IMG/VR virus record: IMGVR_UViG_3300047200_000500
Span: 32,001-96,000 of that record
DNA length: 64,000 bases
Reading direction: 5' to 3' (one strand)
From: a virus
Positions 9,791 to 18,784 of the stretch are shown piece after piece (position 1 is the stretch's first letter; every line of letters begins with the position of its first letter). Made by a program: the position numbers and the translations under genes. The notes below the pieces were generated by a model that made no database searches, was not told the origin of the DNA, and saw only the letters and a program-made list of their open reading frames with translations.

Positions 9791-10522
9791 ATGACAACCA
9801 ATAATACTAATATTATTGATATTCCAAAACCAAGATTTGGCATAAACCAGATAGTTTATATCAGGGAGAGTGCTCTTAATGGTTATTTGGAACCTCAAAG
9901 AATAGTACTGGCATATTTTGATCCTGACATAGGTAAGTATTGGTATTCTTTTAAATTTAAAAAATCTCCGCCAGTTACTCAAACAGTTGGCGATATTATT
10001 GATCTAAAAACTAAAAACCAAATCCAAATATTGGAAGATGATTTATGTAAATATGAGGAAGCACTTACTTTAAAGAGCAATTTTTTAACTGCGGAATTAA
10101 AAAAGACATCAGACCAATTACATGGTATAACTGGTGGACCAGAAATTGATGTTTTTGGTAATAATCATAATATTACAGATCATGACCTAACGCCAAGTCC
10201 AGATGACTTTACAGATTTTGGTGAACAAGTAGTTGATGATGATCTTGCCCATGGGTTAATTAGACCGCTTGAGATAAGAAATAATGGAAATTTTGATCTT
10301 CTTTTATTAGGTAATCCATTAGTTAAAATTGTTGGAGATGATGATTTCTCAGTAATTTCTCAACCAGTTGGTACAATTTCAGCAGGCACCACTTCTGTTT
10401 TTAGAATAGCATTCAAACCATTAATTATTGGTAGGAGAGTAGCAACAGTTCTTATAGCGTCCAATGATAGTAAAGACAGTATGTTTACTTTTGTTATTCA
10501 AGGGCAGGGTATTTCTCCATAG
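9791..10522 (+). CDS. protein with C-terminal Ig-like (choice-of-anchor D / ASH-type) domain
   Basis: GPEIDVFGN...TPSPDDFTDFG...IRNNGNFDLLL...F.P...G.R.ATV.IASND...FTFVIQGQG. Confidence 0.7.
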   Translation: MTTNNTNIIDIPKPRFGINQIVYIRESALNGYLEPQRIVLAYFDPDIGKYWYSFKFKKSPPVTQTVGDIIDLKTKNQIQILEDDLCKYEEALTLKSNFLTAELKKTSDQLHGITGGPEIDVFGNNHNITDHDLTPSPDDFTDFGEQVVDDDLAHGLIRPLEIRNNGNFDLLLLGNPLVKIVGDDDFSVISQPVGTISAGTTSVFRIAFKPLIIGRRVATVLIASNDSKDSMFTFVIQGQGISP

Positions 10523-10536
10523 TATTTAAATATTCT

Positions 10537-11841
10537 ATGTCAGAGTTTAGCAAGTTTGAAGAAGAAAATATAATCCTATTAGCTTTAGAAAGTCCTGAAT
10601 TTTTTCATAGAATAGCTTCATTCATGAAGGCTGAATATTTTGTATCTGAAGAAGCACAATATTTGATGAAGTTATATTGTGAATATTATGAAAAATATGA
10701 TGAAGTTCCAACTAGAGAAATGGTTAAGAATATGGTTTATAAAGAATTGACTGTTGATGATCCAATATCAAAACCAATCATTGAAATAATTGACAGGGAA
10801 TTAGATCCAAGAAATGCTCCATTTATTAAACAACATATAATTAAATGGGCCAAACAAAAGCAAATTTCATTGCTTTATGATGATACAGTAATGGAAAGAG
10901 TTAAAGCTGGTGATTTTGAATCAATAGAACAAATAGTTGATGATGCGGCTAAAATCAGTGACACTATTATTAGACCGTTTAATTTTTTCAAAGATGTGGA
11001 TCAATTATTTGAAATTGAAGATAGAGATTATTTTACAACTGGGTTTCCAAGAATTGATAAAGAGATACATGATAAGGGGCCATGTAGGAGAGAGGTGATT
11101 TGTTTTGTTGCACCAACTGGTGTAGGTAAAAGTTTTACAATGGCCAATGCTGCAATAGCTAATGTAATGGCTGGAAGAAATGTGCTTCATGTTTCACTTG
11201 AAAATGACGAAAAAGTAACTGGAAATAGGTATCTTGGAGCGTTCACTAATTCACCAATAAGAACAAGAGTTGAAAATAAAAATGATATTAAAGAAAAAGT
11301 TAGAAAGATTAGAACATCAACTAATTCAGACTTGTATATTCTGTTTTTTCCAACAGATTCTATTACTGTTGATACAATTGAATTATCTATGAAGGAGTTA
11401 CGTAAACAATATAATTTTGTTCCTGATGTTTTGTGTGTTGATTATCTTGAATGTTTATTATCAAAGGTTTCATCTAAAAACAAAGATGATTATGGAAGAC
11501 AAAAATCAGTATCAAGTGAATTCAGAGCATTAGTTGCTAAAACCAATACTTTGGGAATAACCGCTAGCCAATCTAATAGAAGTTCGGTTAGTGGAGAAGG
11601 TGGCCCAATTAATTTAGATAAGTTGGCAGAATCGTTTGGAAAGTCAATGCCGATGGATGCGGTGATAAGTTTGAACCAAACAACTGAAGAATATACAGGA
11701 GCTAATGCTGGGCAACAATCTCATATTGGACGTATAAGATTATTTATGGCTAAAAATAGAAATGGTAGAAAGGGATTCATAGTTAATACTAGTATTAACT
11801 ATGCAACAATGAAAATGATGGAAGATTCAACATCTTCATGA
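10537..11841 (+). CDS. replicative DNA helicase (T4 gp41/DnaB-like)
   Basis: TTGFPRID, APTGVGKS (Walker A), HVSLEN, CVDYLE, TASQSNR, LAESFGK..PMD, AKNRNG. Confidence 0.92.
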   Translation: MSEFSKFEEENIILLALESPEFFHRIASFMKAEYFVSEEAQYLMKLYCEYYEKYDEVPTREMVKNMVYKELTVDDPISKPIIEIIDRELDPRNAPFIKQHIIKWAKQKQISLLYDDTVMERVKAGDFESIEQIVDDAAKISDTIIRPFNFFKDVDQLFEIEDRDYFTTGFPRIDKEIHDKGPCRREVICFVAPTGVGKSFTMANAAIANVMAGRNVLHVSLENDEKVTGNRYLGAFTNSPIRTRVENKNDIKEKVRKIRTSTNSDLYILFFPTDSITVDTIELSMKELRKQYNFVPDVLCVDYLECLLSKVSSKNKDDYGRQKSVSSEFRALVAKTNTLGITASQSNRSSVSGEGGPINLDKLAESFGKSMPMDAVISLNQTTEEYTGANAGQQSHIGRIRLFMAKNRNGRKGFIVNTSINYATMKMMEDSTSS

Positions 11842-11844
11842 GAT

Positions 11845-12381
11845 ATGAAAATGACTAGACGATCTATAAGAGAATGGAATTTGATGTATCATTATATAAC
11901 ATTGACAGATGGCAATATTGCTGAAATTGGAGCACATAAAGGTGATACGACCATATTAATGGCAACAAATTTTCCAAATAAGACAATTTATGCTATTGAT
12001 TATACTGGCGGAATTACAATGCCAAAAGATCAGCAACATGAAAAACCACCTATAGTTGCTGAACGTGCTGTTCATATGCCAAATGTTACGGTTATAGATC
12101 ATAATTCAAGAACTTTGGACTTTAATAAATTAAATAATATAACAACGTTTTTTATTGATGGTGACCATTCATATCAAGGTGTAAAATCTGATACAGAAAA
12201 TTCTATTAAATATTTAAAGTCACATAATGGTGGATATATATTAATGCATGATTATAGACTTGATGATAAATATCCATGGATGGGAGTTAGAAAATATGTT
12301 GATGAATTGAATGAATTTGAAATAATAAAACCTTCACGTACAGTTTTGGCTATATTTAGCGTTAAGAAAGTTAAAATCTAA
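11845..12381 (+). CDS. class I SAM-dependent methyltransferase (Methyltransf_24-like)
   Basis: AEIGAHKGDTT, FFIDGDHSYQGVKSD, GGYILMHDY, GVRKYVDE. Confidence 0.85.
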   Translation: MKMTRRSIREWNLMYHYITLTDGNIAEIGAHKGDTTILMATNFPNKTIYAIDYTGGITMPKDQQHEKPPIVAERAVHMPNVTVIDHNSRTLDFNKLNNITTFFIDGDHSYQGVKSDTENSIKYLKSHNGGYILMHDYRLDDKYPWMGVRKYVDELNEFEIIKPSRTVLAIFSVKKVKI

Positions 12382-13141
12382 GCCCTTCTTCTTTATTGTC
12401 CATCATTTTGTGTTTAAATTTTTTACCAGATGTTCCTAAGCATGATTTACAACAATCAAGTGGATTTTCATCTTTTATGTAATTGATCAATCTATTTTCT
12501 AGATCATTTTGATGAATTATGCAACCATCGTTTTTGTATTTTCTATTAATATTTCTAATTTTATCATAATTTTCTTGAATTAATGGTTTTGCACATTTAT
12601 AATAATAACCATTGCTAAATGTATGACAACTCCACGAATTAGTTATTTCACATTCATTGTATGTTTTTAACGTAGTTTGTTCGTCATTATCGTATTGTAA
12701 ATTGGTCAATCTAAAAGTATCATGAATTTTTAATTTGAATCTGAATTTGCTATTTAATTGTCTTTTGATTAATTCTTCTTGTATCTTGAAGTAATCAGCA
12801 TTTTTATAAATGCTAACTTCAATAAAGTCTAAATTATTGAATAATTCATCATTTTGTCTATGTAATAAAAGACCATTTGTGCATATTCCAATATCGTTTG
12901 ATATATTTGTCGATTTCGCAAACTTTAAAAAATCAATCAGTCTGTTATCTAATAATGGTTCACCACCAAGTATTCTGAATTTTTTTACTTTCAGCACCTT
13001 AGATAATTTTGTAATGTCTTGTTTAAATGATTCGAAATTAGCTTTATCATTTTTAATAAATGGCGAATCCCTGGTGCATCCCAAACATGTGTTGTTACAC
13101 ATATTTGTTATATTGAATTCAATGTATTTTCTAATAATCAT
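12371..13141 (-). CDS. radical SAM protein
   Basis: CNNTCLGC (CxxxCxxC), ILGGEPLL, TNGLLL; C-terminal Cys cluster including CCKSCLG. Confidence 0.88.
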   Translation of the reverse strand: MIIRKYIEFNITNMCNNTCLGCTRDSPFIKNDKANFESFKQDITKLSKVLKVKKFRILGGEPLLDNRLIDFLKFAKSTNISNDIGICTNGLLLHRQNDELFNNLDFIEVSIYKNADYFKIQEELIKRQLNSKFRFKLKIHDTFRLTNLQYDNDEQTTLKTYNECEITNSWSCHTFSNGYYYKCAKPLIQENYDKIRNINRKYKNDGCIIHQNDLENRLINYIKDENPLDCCKSCLGTSGKKFKHKMMDNKEEGLRF

Positions 13142-13155
13142 AGTATTTGAATCAT

Positions 13156-13458
13156 ATGGATTTCTTAGTTATCAATGAACATAAACAAAAAATTAATTAT
13201 TATTTGTTACCTAAAAAATCTAATGATGATCTATTAATAAATATACCGCTTATTATATTAGAACCAATTGCAGATTGGATTAATAAGAAATTTAAGTCAG
13301 ATGTTTATTTATTGTTGGGTATTTCGAAGTACACATTGAAAGATGCATATGTTAATGAACATAAAATTTTTATAAATAGATATAGTTTAGAATCTCGTGA
13401 AATAAAGGTTAAATTTAATATCATGATCAGTGGATATATAAAAAGTATTTCAAAGTAA
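13156..13458 (+). CDS. hypothetical protein
   Basis: ORF track starts at 13147 (TTG); in-frame ATG at 13156 preferred (MDFLVINE). Confidence 0.5.
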   Translation: MDFLVINEHKQKINYYLLPKKSNDDLLINIPLIILEPIADWINKKFKSDVYLLLGISKYTLKDAYVNEHKIFINRYSLESREIKVKFNIMISGYIKSISK

Positions 13459-13467
13459 GGAGAATAT

Positions 13468-14175
13468 ATGCATTTTGTCATTGGTACACCAATGTATGGA
13501 GGAATGTGCACTAGTGAATATGTTCAGTCATTGTTAGCTTTAAAAAGTGGAATGGAACAAAGTGGTCACAAAGTTACTTGTATTTTTCTTGGTAACGAAA
13601 GTTTAATACAACGTGGACGCAATACTGTTGCTTGGCATTTTTTGAATACTGACTCGACACATCTTATATTCATAGATGCGGATATTAAATTTAGGCCAGA
13701 AGATGTCGCAAAAATGATAATGGCAGATAAGCCGATCATTGTTGGACCAGCACCAATGAAAGGAATTAATTGGGATCGTGTAAGAGATGGGGCATTACAT
13801 AAATATGATAATTTATCTAAATTGACTGGAATTTTTGCTATTACAGAACTTGAAGGCCATGTCATGAAGAATAGTAACGAACCGTTTCAAATAAAACATG
13901 GCGGGACAGGATTCATGATGATTCGCAGAGATGTTTTTAAAGATTTATCAAAACATGTCGGAAAGTATAATAATGGTGGATCTAGTATACCGCCAGGATC
14001 TGAAGTGTTTGATTTTTTTCAAGTTTGTGTTAAAGATGGCATATTGTTATCTGAGGATTATTTCTTTTGTGATAAGTATAGATCAATTGGCGGAACAGTT
14101 TGGGCTGCACCGTGGTGTGAATTAGGTCATTTTGGCTCATATTTGTTTAGTGGCTGTTATTCTAGTAAATATTAA
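13468..14175 (+). CDS. GT-A fold glycosyltransferase-like phage protein
   Basis: IGTPMYGG, NESLIQRGRN, LIFIDADI (DxD), GTGFMMIRR, LSEDYFFC, LGHFG; AAGGAG RBS. Confidence 0.75.
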   Translation: MHFVIGTPMYGGMCTSEYVQSLLALKSGMEQSGHKVTCIFLGNESLIQRGRNTVAWHFLNTDSTHLIFIDADIKFRPEDVAKMIMADKPIIVGPAPMKGINWDRVRDGALHKYDNLSKLTGIFAITELEGHVMKNSNEPFQIKHGGTGFMMIRRDVFKDLSKHVGKYNNGGSSIPPGSEVFDFFQVCVKDGILLSEDYFFCDKYRSIGGTVWAAPWCELGHFGSYLFSGCYSSKY

Positions 14176-14189
14176 ACAAGAGAGATAAA

Positions 14190-14879
14190 ATGCCCAAATA
14201 TCAATATTCATGTGATAAATGTTCTGTACATTGCCCTATTGATGGTGGCAGTACATCAAGCAATTCGCAAATTAAAAATTATGACCCTGAAATGATGAAG
14301 CCTGGATATCATCCAGAAACCGGAGAATACATATTTTTTATTGAATGTACAATGAATGATAAACCCGCTAAACCAAAATGCCCAAACTGCAATTCTAATA
14401 AAAATGTTCATGTCAATTTTACAGATATTGGTGTGCAATGTTATGTTAGAGGTGACGGTCTTGTAAAAGACAAAGCTGGTGCTAGAAGAGATATGAATAG
14501 ACATAAGTTAAAACATGAAGATCCATATGCCACAATGAGAGTAGCAGGTGAAAAAGATTATTTAGATAATAAATTTAGACGTGGTGGAATAAATATTGAA
14601 ACTAAGAGTAATACAACTTCTATAAAAGTTGCCCAGGGGAAGAGAGCATCAGAGTTACAAAAAGAAGTAAATTCATTAAATGACATTGAAAAGAAAATTA
14701 TAGTTCACGTTTTTAAAAATGAAGAATCGACTACCACAGAGTTGTCAAAGTATTCAGATGATATAAATAAATATCTTACTGGTTTAAATAATAAGTATAT
14801 ATATTACAATTCAAAAAAACAAATTTGGTCAACGCTTGCTAGTGGTAATGGAATATATGAGACTATTATCGGTATTTGA
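14190..14879 (+). CDS. FmdB-like zinc-ribbon protein with putative C-terminal winged helix
   Basis: MPKYQYSCDKC...KCPNCNS; C-terminal LNDIEKKII...TTTELS helical pattern. Confidence 0.6.
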   Translation: MPKYQYSCDKCSVHCPIDGGSTSSNSQIKNYDPEMMKPGYHPETGEYIFFIECTMNDKPAKPKCPNCNSNKNVHVNFTDIGVQCYVRGDGLVKDKAGARRDMNRHKLKHEDPYATMRVAGEKDYLDNKFRRGGINIETKSNTTSIKVAQGKRASELQKEVNSLNDIEKKIIVHVFKNEESTTTELSKYSDDINKYLTGLNNKYIYYNSKKQIWSTLASGNGIYETIIGI

Positions 14880-14885
14880 TAATGG

Positions 14886-15998
14886 ATGATTGTTATCGTA
14901 GTTTCATGGAAAAATGATAAACCTACTAAATATTCTATATTTAAAGATAAAATATTAATTAAATCATCTGATCTCTGGAAATCCGGCACAAACAAGAAAA
15001 TAATAGATGTTAAAAAAGAAGAAAGCACTTTAATAAAATTATTGTTATCTCTTGATGAATTCGTCATTGTTAATTTTAAAAAATTTATAGATTATTTTAA
15101 AATAATTGAATTTAATACTGTTTATGATTATCCTGGTGATATTGAAGATGATAAGCATTTAGAATTTGTCGAGGCCAATTGGGAAGAATTTGGCAAAGTG
15201 TGGCAAAAATTAAGATCACAAGCTGCTATTGTTTATCATAAACTAGAGAGGAAAGGTGTAATGTATGAACACAAATTAATGAAACCTGCATATGATATGA
15301 ATGTCTTTAGCGGAAGGTCAAGTACAACAGGGTTTAATATTCAAGGTTGTAATAAAGAATTTAATATTACACATATTAATCCTAGAAATAATGTTTTTAT
15401 TCATTTTGACTGGATGGCTGCGGATCATAGAATAGCAGCAATTTTATCAAATGATCAAGATTTACTTGGGTGCTATAAAGATTCGGATCCTTATACTTAT
15501 ATAGTTAACATTTTGGATGGTGAAGTTGACAGAGATCAGTGTAAAAGTGAGTTCATGCAGGCTGTATATGGGCTAAATCCAGACCATGAAATTTTATCTG
15601 TATTCCCATCATTTCGTGATTGGATTGCGGAAAAGGTTAAAGAATTAAATGATATTGGATATGTCAGGTCAATGCTTGGTAGAAAATATGAAACCGATAA
15701 AACTGTAAAAGGAAACAGAAGGGCATTTAATAGTATTATGCAAGGTGGTGTGGCCCATGCTATGAATAATGTAATTTATAAGATAGATCATGAATTTGGT
15801 GAAATAATTTTAACAGAACAACATGACTCTCTTACTTTGTGTGTGAATGAATTGATGATTGTAAAAACTATTAAGGGCGTATCTGATATTATGCTACATC
15901 CATTTCATGGTATTTTAGAAAATAACCCCACTATGCCATTGCGTGTACACATAGGTAAACGTTGGCGTGAGTACAAACAAGTAAAGGAGATAAGATGA
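14886..15998 (+). CDS. family A DNA polymerase, minimal (polymerase domain with degenerate N-terminus)
   Basis: SGRSS, motif A FDWMAADHRIAA, motif B RDQCKSEFMQAVYG, GYVRSMLGRK, AFNSIMQGG, motif C QHDSL. Confidence 0.85.
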   Translation: MIVIVVSWKNDKPTKYSIFKDKILIKSSDLWKSGTNKKIIDVKKEESTLIKLLLSLDEFVIVNFKKFIDYFKIIEFNTVYDYPGDIEDDKHLEFVEANWEEFGKVWQKLRSQAAIVYHKLERKGVMYEHKLMKPAYDMNVFSGRSSTTGFNIQGCNKEFNITHINPRNNVFIHFDWMAADHRIAAILSNDQDLLGCYKDSDPYTYIVNILDGEVDRDQCKSEFMQAVYGLNPDHEILSVFPSFRDWIAEKVKELNDIGYVRSMLGRKYETDKTVKGNRRAFNSIMQGGVAHAMNNVIYKIDHEFGEIILTEQHDSLTLCVNELMIVKTIKGVSDIMLHPFHGILENNPTMPLRVHIGKRWREYKQVKEIR

Positions 15999-16459
15999 GT
16001 TGGTGGGATAAAGAAATACCTCAAGAAATTTCTGATGTACTTGTCATTTTAAGAGTTAAAATAAATGGTAAACAAGTAACTCGTGACTGGCGTAAAGATT
16101 GTGGTATTGATTATGATAGACTAGAAGATGATTTAGCTGATATGTCTAGCATATATTCTTTTTGGACAGCGGTTTTATCAGAAGCCAGGAAAAATTTAAG
16201 AATAGTTGAGTATCAAATTGATATTCGTAAATCTAAAGTGATGAGAGAAATTAAAGTACCAGAAGGTGTAAAATTAACAGTTGCAGATAAAGAAAGTATA
16301 ATTAATATAGATCCAGAAATGGGTGCACTTGTGGTAAAACAAATAGAATTAGAAAATATTGTACAAAAATTGTTTGGAATAGTAGATTCTTTGAAAATGA
16401 AAGCGGATAATTTAAGATCACTTGCGGGATTTAAGAGAGCAGAACTTTCTGGAAGTTAG
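15995..16459 (+). CDS. UvsY-like recombination mediator
   Basis: Helical 154 aa with LTVADKES..DP and KADNLRSL; sits directly before the SSB. Confidence 0.6.
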   Translation: MSWWDKEIPQEISDVLVILRVKINGKQVTRDWRKDCGIDYDRLEDDLADMSSIYSFWTAVLSEARKNLRIVEYQIDIRKSKVMREIKVPEGVKLTVADKESIINIDPEMGALVVKQIELENIVQKLFGIVDSLKMKADNLRSLAGFKRAELSGS

Positions 16460-16530
16460 GCAAGTATATAAAGCAACGAACCGCAGAAAATGGCCAAACG
16501 GCCATCTGCAAGTAAACCCAGGAGATCATC

Positions 16531-17580
16531 ATGTCAGGCATCAATAAGTTAGATAAACAAAAGCTCTTAGAGCGCATGCGTGCTAAGCAGCAAGAACAGT
16601 CAGGATTTCATGATCCTACTGAGTGGCGACCACCCAAACTCAAAAAGGATGAGGAGAAGAGTTACAGAGTGATTGTTCTTCCGCCCCTGGAAAAGGGCGA
16701 TACGTGTACTGGTGGTACAGCCACTGAATCTATGGATTTATGGTATCGTGTGCACGGGCACCATTTCATAAATAAGAAACGTTATGAATGCCCACGTGTT
16801 CATCCAGAGAAGGGTGATTGCCCATTGTGTACAACTGGTTTCGATTTGATGCGTGAGACTGATGATAAGAAAGTAAGGTCTGCTCTTGCTAAGGAATGGT
16901 TATCAAGACAGAACTATGCTGCCAATGTTTATTTTGAAAATCATAAGGATAATCCAGAAGATCTTCGTGGTAGAGTATTCTGGTGGTCAATTCCTGAGGG
17001 GGTATTCTTAATTTGCGATAAGGCATTTAAGAATGATGACCCAGGTGATGATGACAATCCTAAGGCTCATGGTCTGTTCTTTGATCCTGATGCCGCTTTC
17101 CCATTAGTGATAGAAGTGAAAGTGAAGAATGATTTTAATAATTATGAAGGGTCACATTTCATTGGTAAGCCTCGTGCTATTGCTTCCACTCAGGAAGAAA
17201 TAAGTGCAATTCTTGCCAAACGCCATGATGTGATGAAGAAATTTGAAGATCGTGATATCAAAGTGTTAAACAAGATTCTTGAAGATAAGATCGGTGGCAC
17301 AACTAGTGGAGATTCTGGCTCATCAAATAGGCCAACTGATGGAGATGAGGGGTATATTGATCAGAAAAAGACTGAACAGAAGACTGAACAGAAGATTCAG
17401 ACCGAATCCAAGAAGACTGAACAGAAGACTGAACAGAAGACTGAACAGAAGACTGAACAGAAGACTGAACAGAAGACTAAGCCTGCTGATCCTCCAAAGG
17501 TTGACCCCCCTAAAGAGGAAGAGGCAGAAGATCCTGAATTAGCCGCTCTTCTTGCTCAGCTTAACAGCGATAAGAAGTAA
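16531..17580 (+). CDS. single-stranded DNA-binding protein (T4 gp32-like)
   Basis: WRPP, R.IVLP, HGHH...CP...CPLC zinc motif, YAANVY, FFDPD, NNYEGSHF, acidic C-tail; AGGAGA RBS. Confidence 0.85.
   Translation: MSGINKLDKQKLLERMRAKQQEQSGFHDPTEWRPPKLKKDEEKSYRVIVLPPLEKGDTCTGGTATESMDLWYRVHGHHFINKKRYECPRVHPEKGDCPLCTTGFDLMRETDDKKVRSALAKEWLSRQNYAANVYFENHKDNPEDLRGRVFWWSIPEGVFLICDKAFKNDDPGDDDNPKAHGLFFDPDAAFPLVIEVKVKNDFNNYEGSHFIGKPRAIASTQEEISAILAKRHDVMKKFEDRDIKVLNKILEDKIGGTTSGDSGSSNRPTDGDEGYIDQKKTEQKTEQKIQTESKKTEQKTEQKTEQKTEQKTEQKTKPADPPKVDPPKEEEAEDPELAALLAQLNSDKK
17368..17478 (+). repeat. 12-bp tandem repeat (aagactgaacag; KTEQ), 2+5 copies
   Basis: Copies at 17368-17391 and 17413-17472 in the SSB linker. 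Confidence 0.95.
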
Positions 17581-17601
17581 TAATTGAATTAGTGGTTTCA
17601 A

Positions 17602-17637
17602 TTAAACCCCCCTGGATTAATGTCCAGGGGGGTTTAA
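17602..17637 (+). terminator. intrinsic terminator hairpin after SSB
   Basis: 15-bp perfect stem ttaaacccccctgga / tccaggggggtttaa, 6-nt loop. Confidence 0.85.
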
Positions 17638-17653
17638 CTTGTATTTTAGAAAA

Positions 17654-18490
17654 ATGGACATTTTAATAGATGGAAAAAATGTGGCGTTTAGAGCAATTTT
17701 TGCGTCAATGGATAAGTTAACAGGAAAACCAAAGACTGATCCTTTAATAATAGCATTTAGAATGCTTTGCAAATGGCGTAGAATTTATAAACCTGATAAT
17801 TGGGCTATTTTTTGGGACGTTCCTAAAGAAAGATTGTGGAGGAAGAAATTGTACCCTCCTTATAAAGAAGGAAGAAGCAAATCATTCATAGATAAAGATT
17901 CTTTAAATGCTTTGATGATGAAATTTACAACTATGATGATGAGTATCTGCCATAACATTAAAATGACCCAATTTATTAAAGATGAAAATGAAGCTGATGA
18001 TTTAATTTACGCTTATGTAAAAGCTTTTCCAGATAAAGAGTTATTAATTGTTTCTAGTGATGGAGATATGGTACAAACATTGTTAAAACATAATAATGTT
18101 AAACTTCATGATCCTAAAAATAAAGATGTTTTATATGAGGATAAACCAGAATATGATCCAGTTATAGTTAAATGTCTGTCTGGTGATTCTAGTGATAATA
18201 TTGATGGATATAGATTGGTTGGTGAAATAACAGCTAAGAAAATAATTCGTGATGGTAAATTAGAAAAATTTTTAGAAGAAAAAGGTAGAGAAATGTTTGA
18301 TCTCAATAAAAAACTGGTTGATTTTGACATGAATGATCATATTAATAGTAATATAGAATATATAAAATCAATTAAAAAGAATGAAAAATTTGACCTTCAA
18401 GAAATTAATAAAATAATTGATAAATATGAATTAAAGGAATTTAAGTCATTAATTTCAGATTTGATAATACCGTTTAAATATAATCCTTGA
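17654..18490 (+). CDS. 5'-3' exonuclease / flap endonuclease (T4 RNase H-like)
   Basis: ILIDGKN, IFWD, WRKKLYPPYKEGR, ENEADD, SSDGDMVQ, GDSSDNIDG..VGE.TA. Confidence 0.92.
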   Translation: MDILIDGKNVAFRAIFASMDKLTGKPKTDPLIIAFRMLCKWRRIYKPDNWAIFWDVPKERLWRKKLYPPYKEGRSKSFIDKDSLNALMMKFTTMMMSICHNIKMTQFIKDENEADDLIYAYVKAFPDKELLIVSSDGDMVQTLLKHNNVKLHDPKNKDVLYEDKPEYDPVIVKCLSGDSSDNIDGYRLVGEITAKKIIRDGKLEKFLEEKGREMFDLNKKLVDFDMNDHINSNIEYIKSIKKNEKFDLQEINKIIDKYELKEFKSLISDLIIPFKYNP

Positions 18491-18517
18491 GGTAAATATA
18501 ATTAAGAGGTAATACCC

Positions 18518-18784
18518 ATGGCAGCAGCAGACGTTGAAGTAGTGAACATAATAAGAGTAAGAGTGGATGATGTTGGTACTGTGTACACATCAGATACTTT
18601 AAACAGATCAATTGCGCAAAATCTTAAATTTACTGATGACTGGAGAATTGAACCAGATTCTACTATTCCAGAAACTGCTGGATATCCAACATTAAAAGTT
18701 TTTTTAAAAGCAATGGCCAGCAGGGGTACCCCACATAGACCAATGTTTATCTCTCAGAATTTGGTTGTAACTGTTAAGGTTTAA
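18518..18784 (+). CDS. hypothetical protein
   Basis: 88-aa ORF with GAGGT RBS. Confidence 0.65.
   Translation: MAAADVEVVNIIRVRVDDVGTVYTSDTLNRSIAQNLKFTDDWRIEPDSTIPETAGYPTLKVFLKAMASRGTPHRPMFISQNLVVTVKV

Noticed and set aside
17279-17542. Alternate-frame ORF with RRLN repeats
   Set aside because: By-product of the 12-bp KTEQ repeat in the SSB gene
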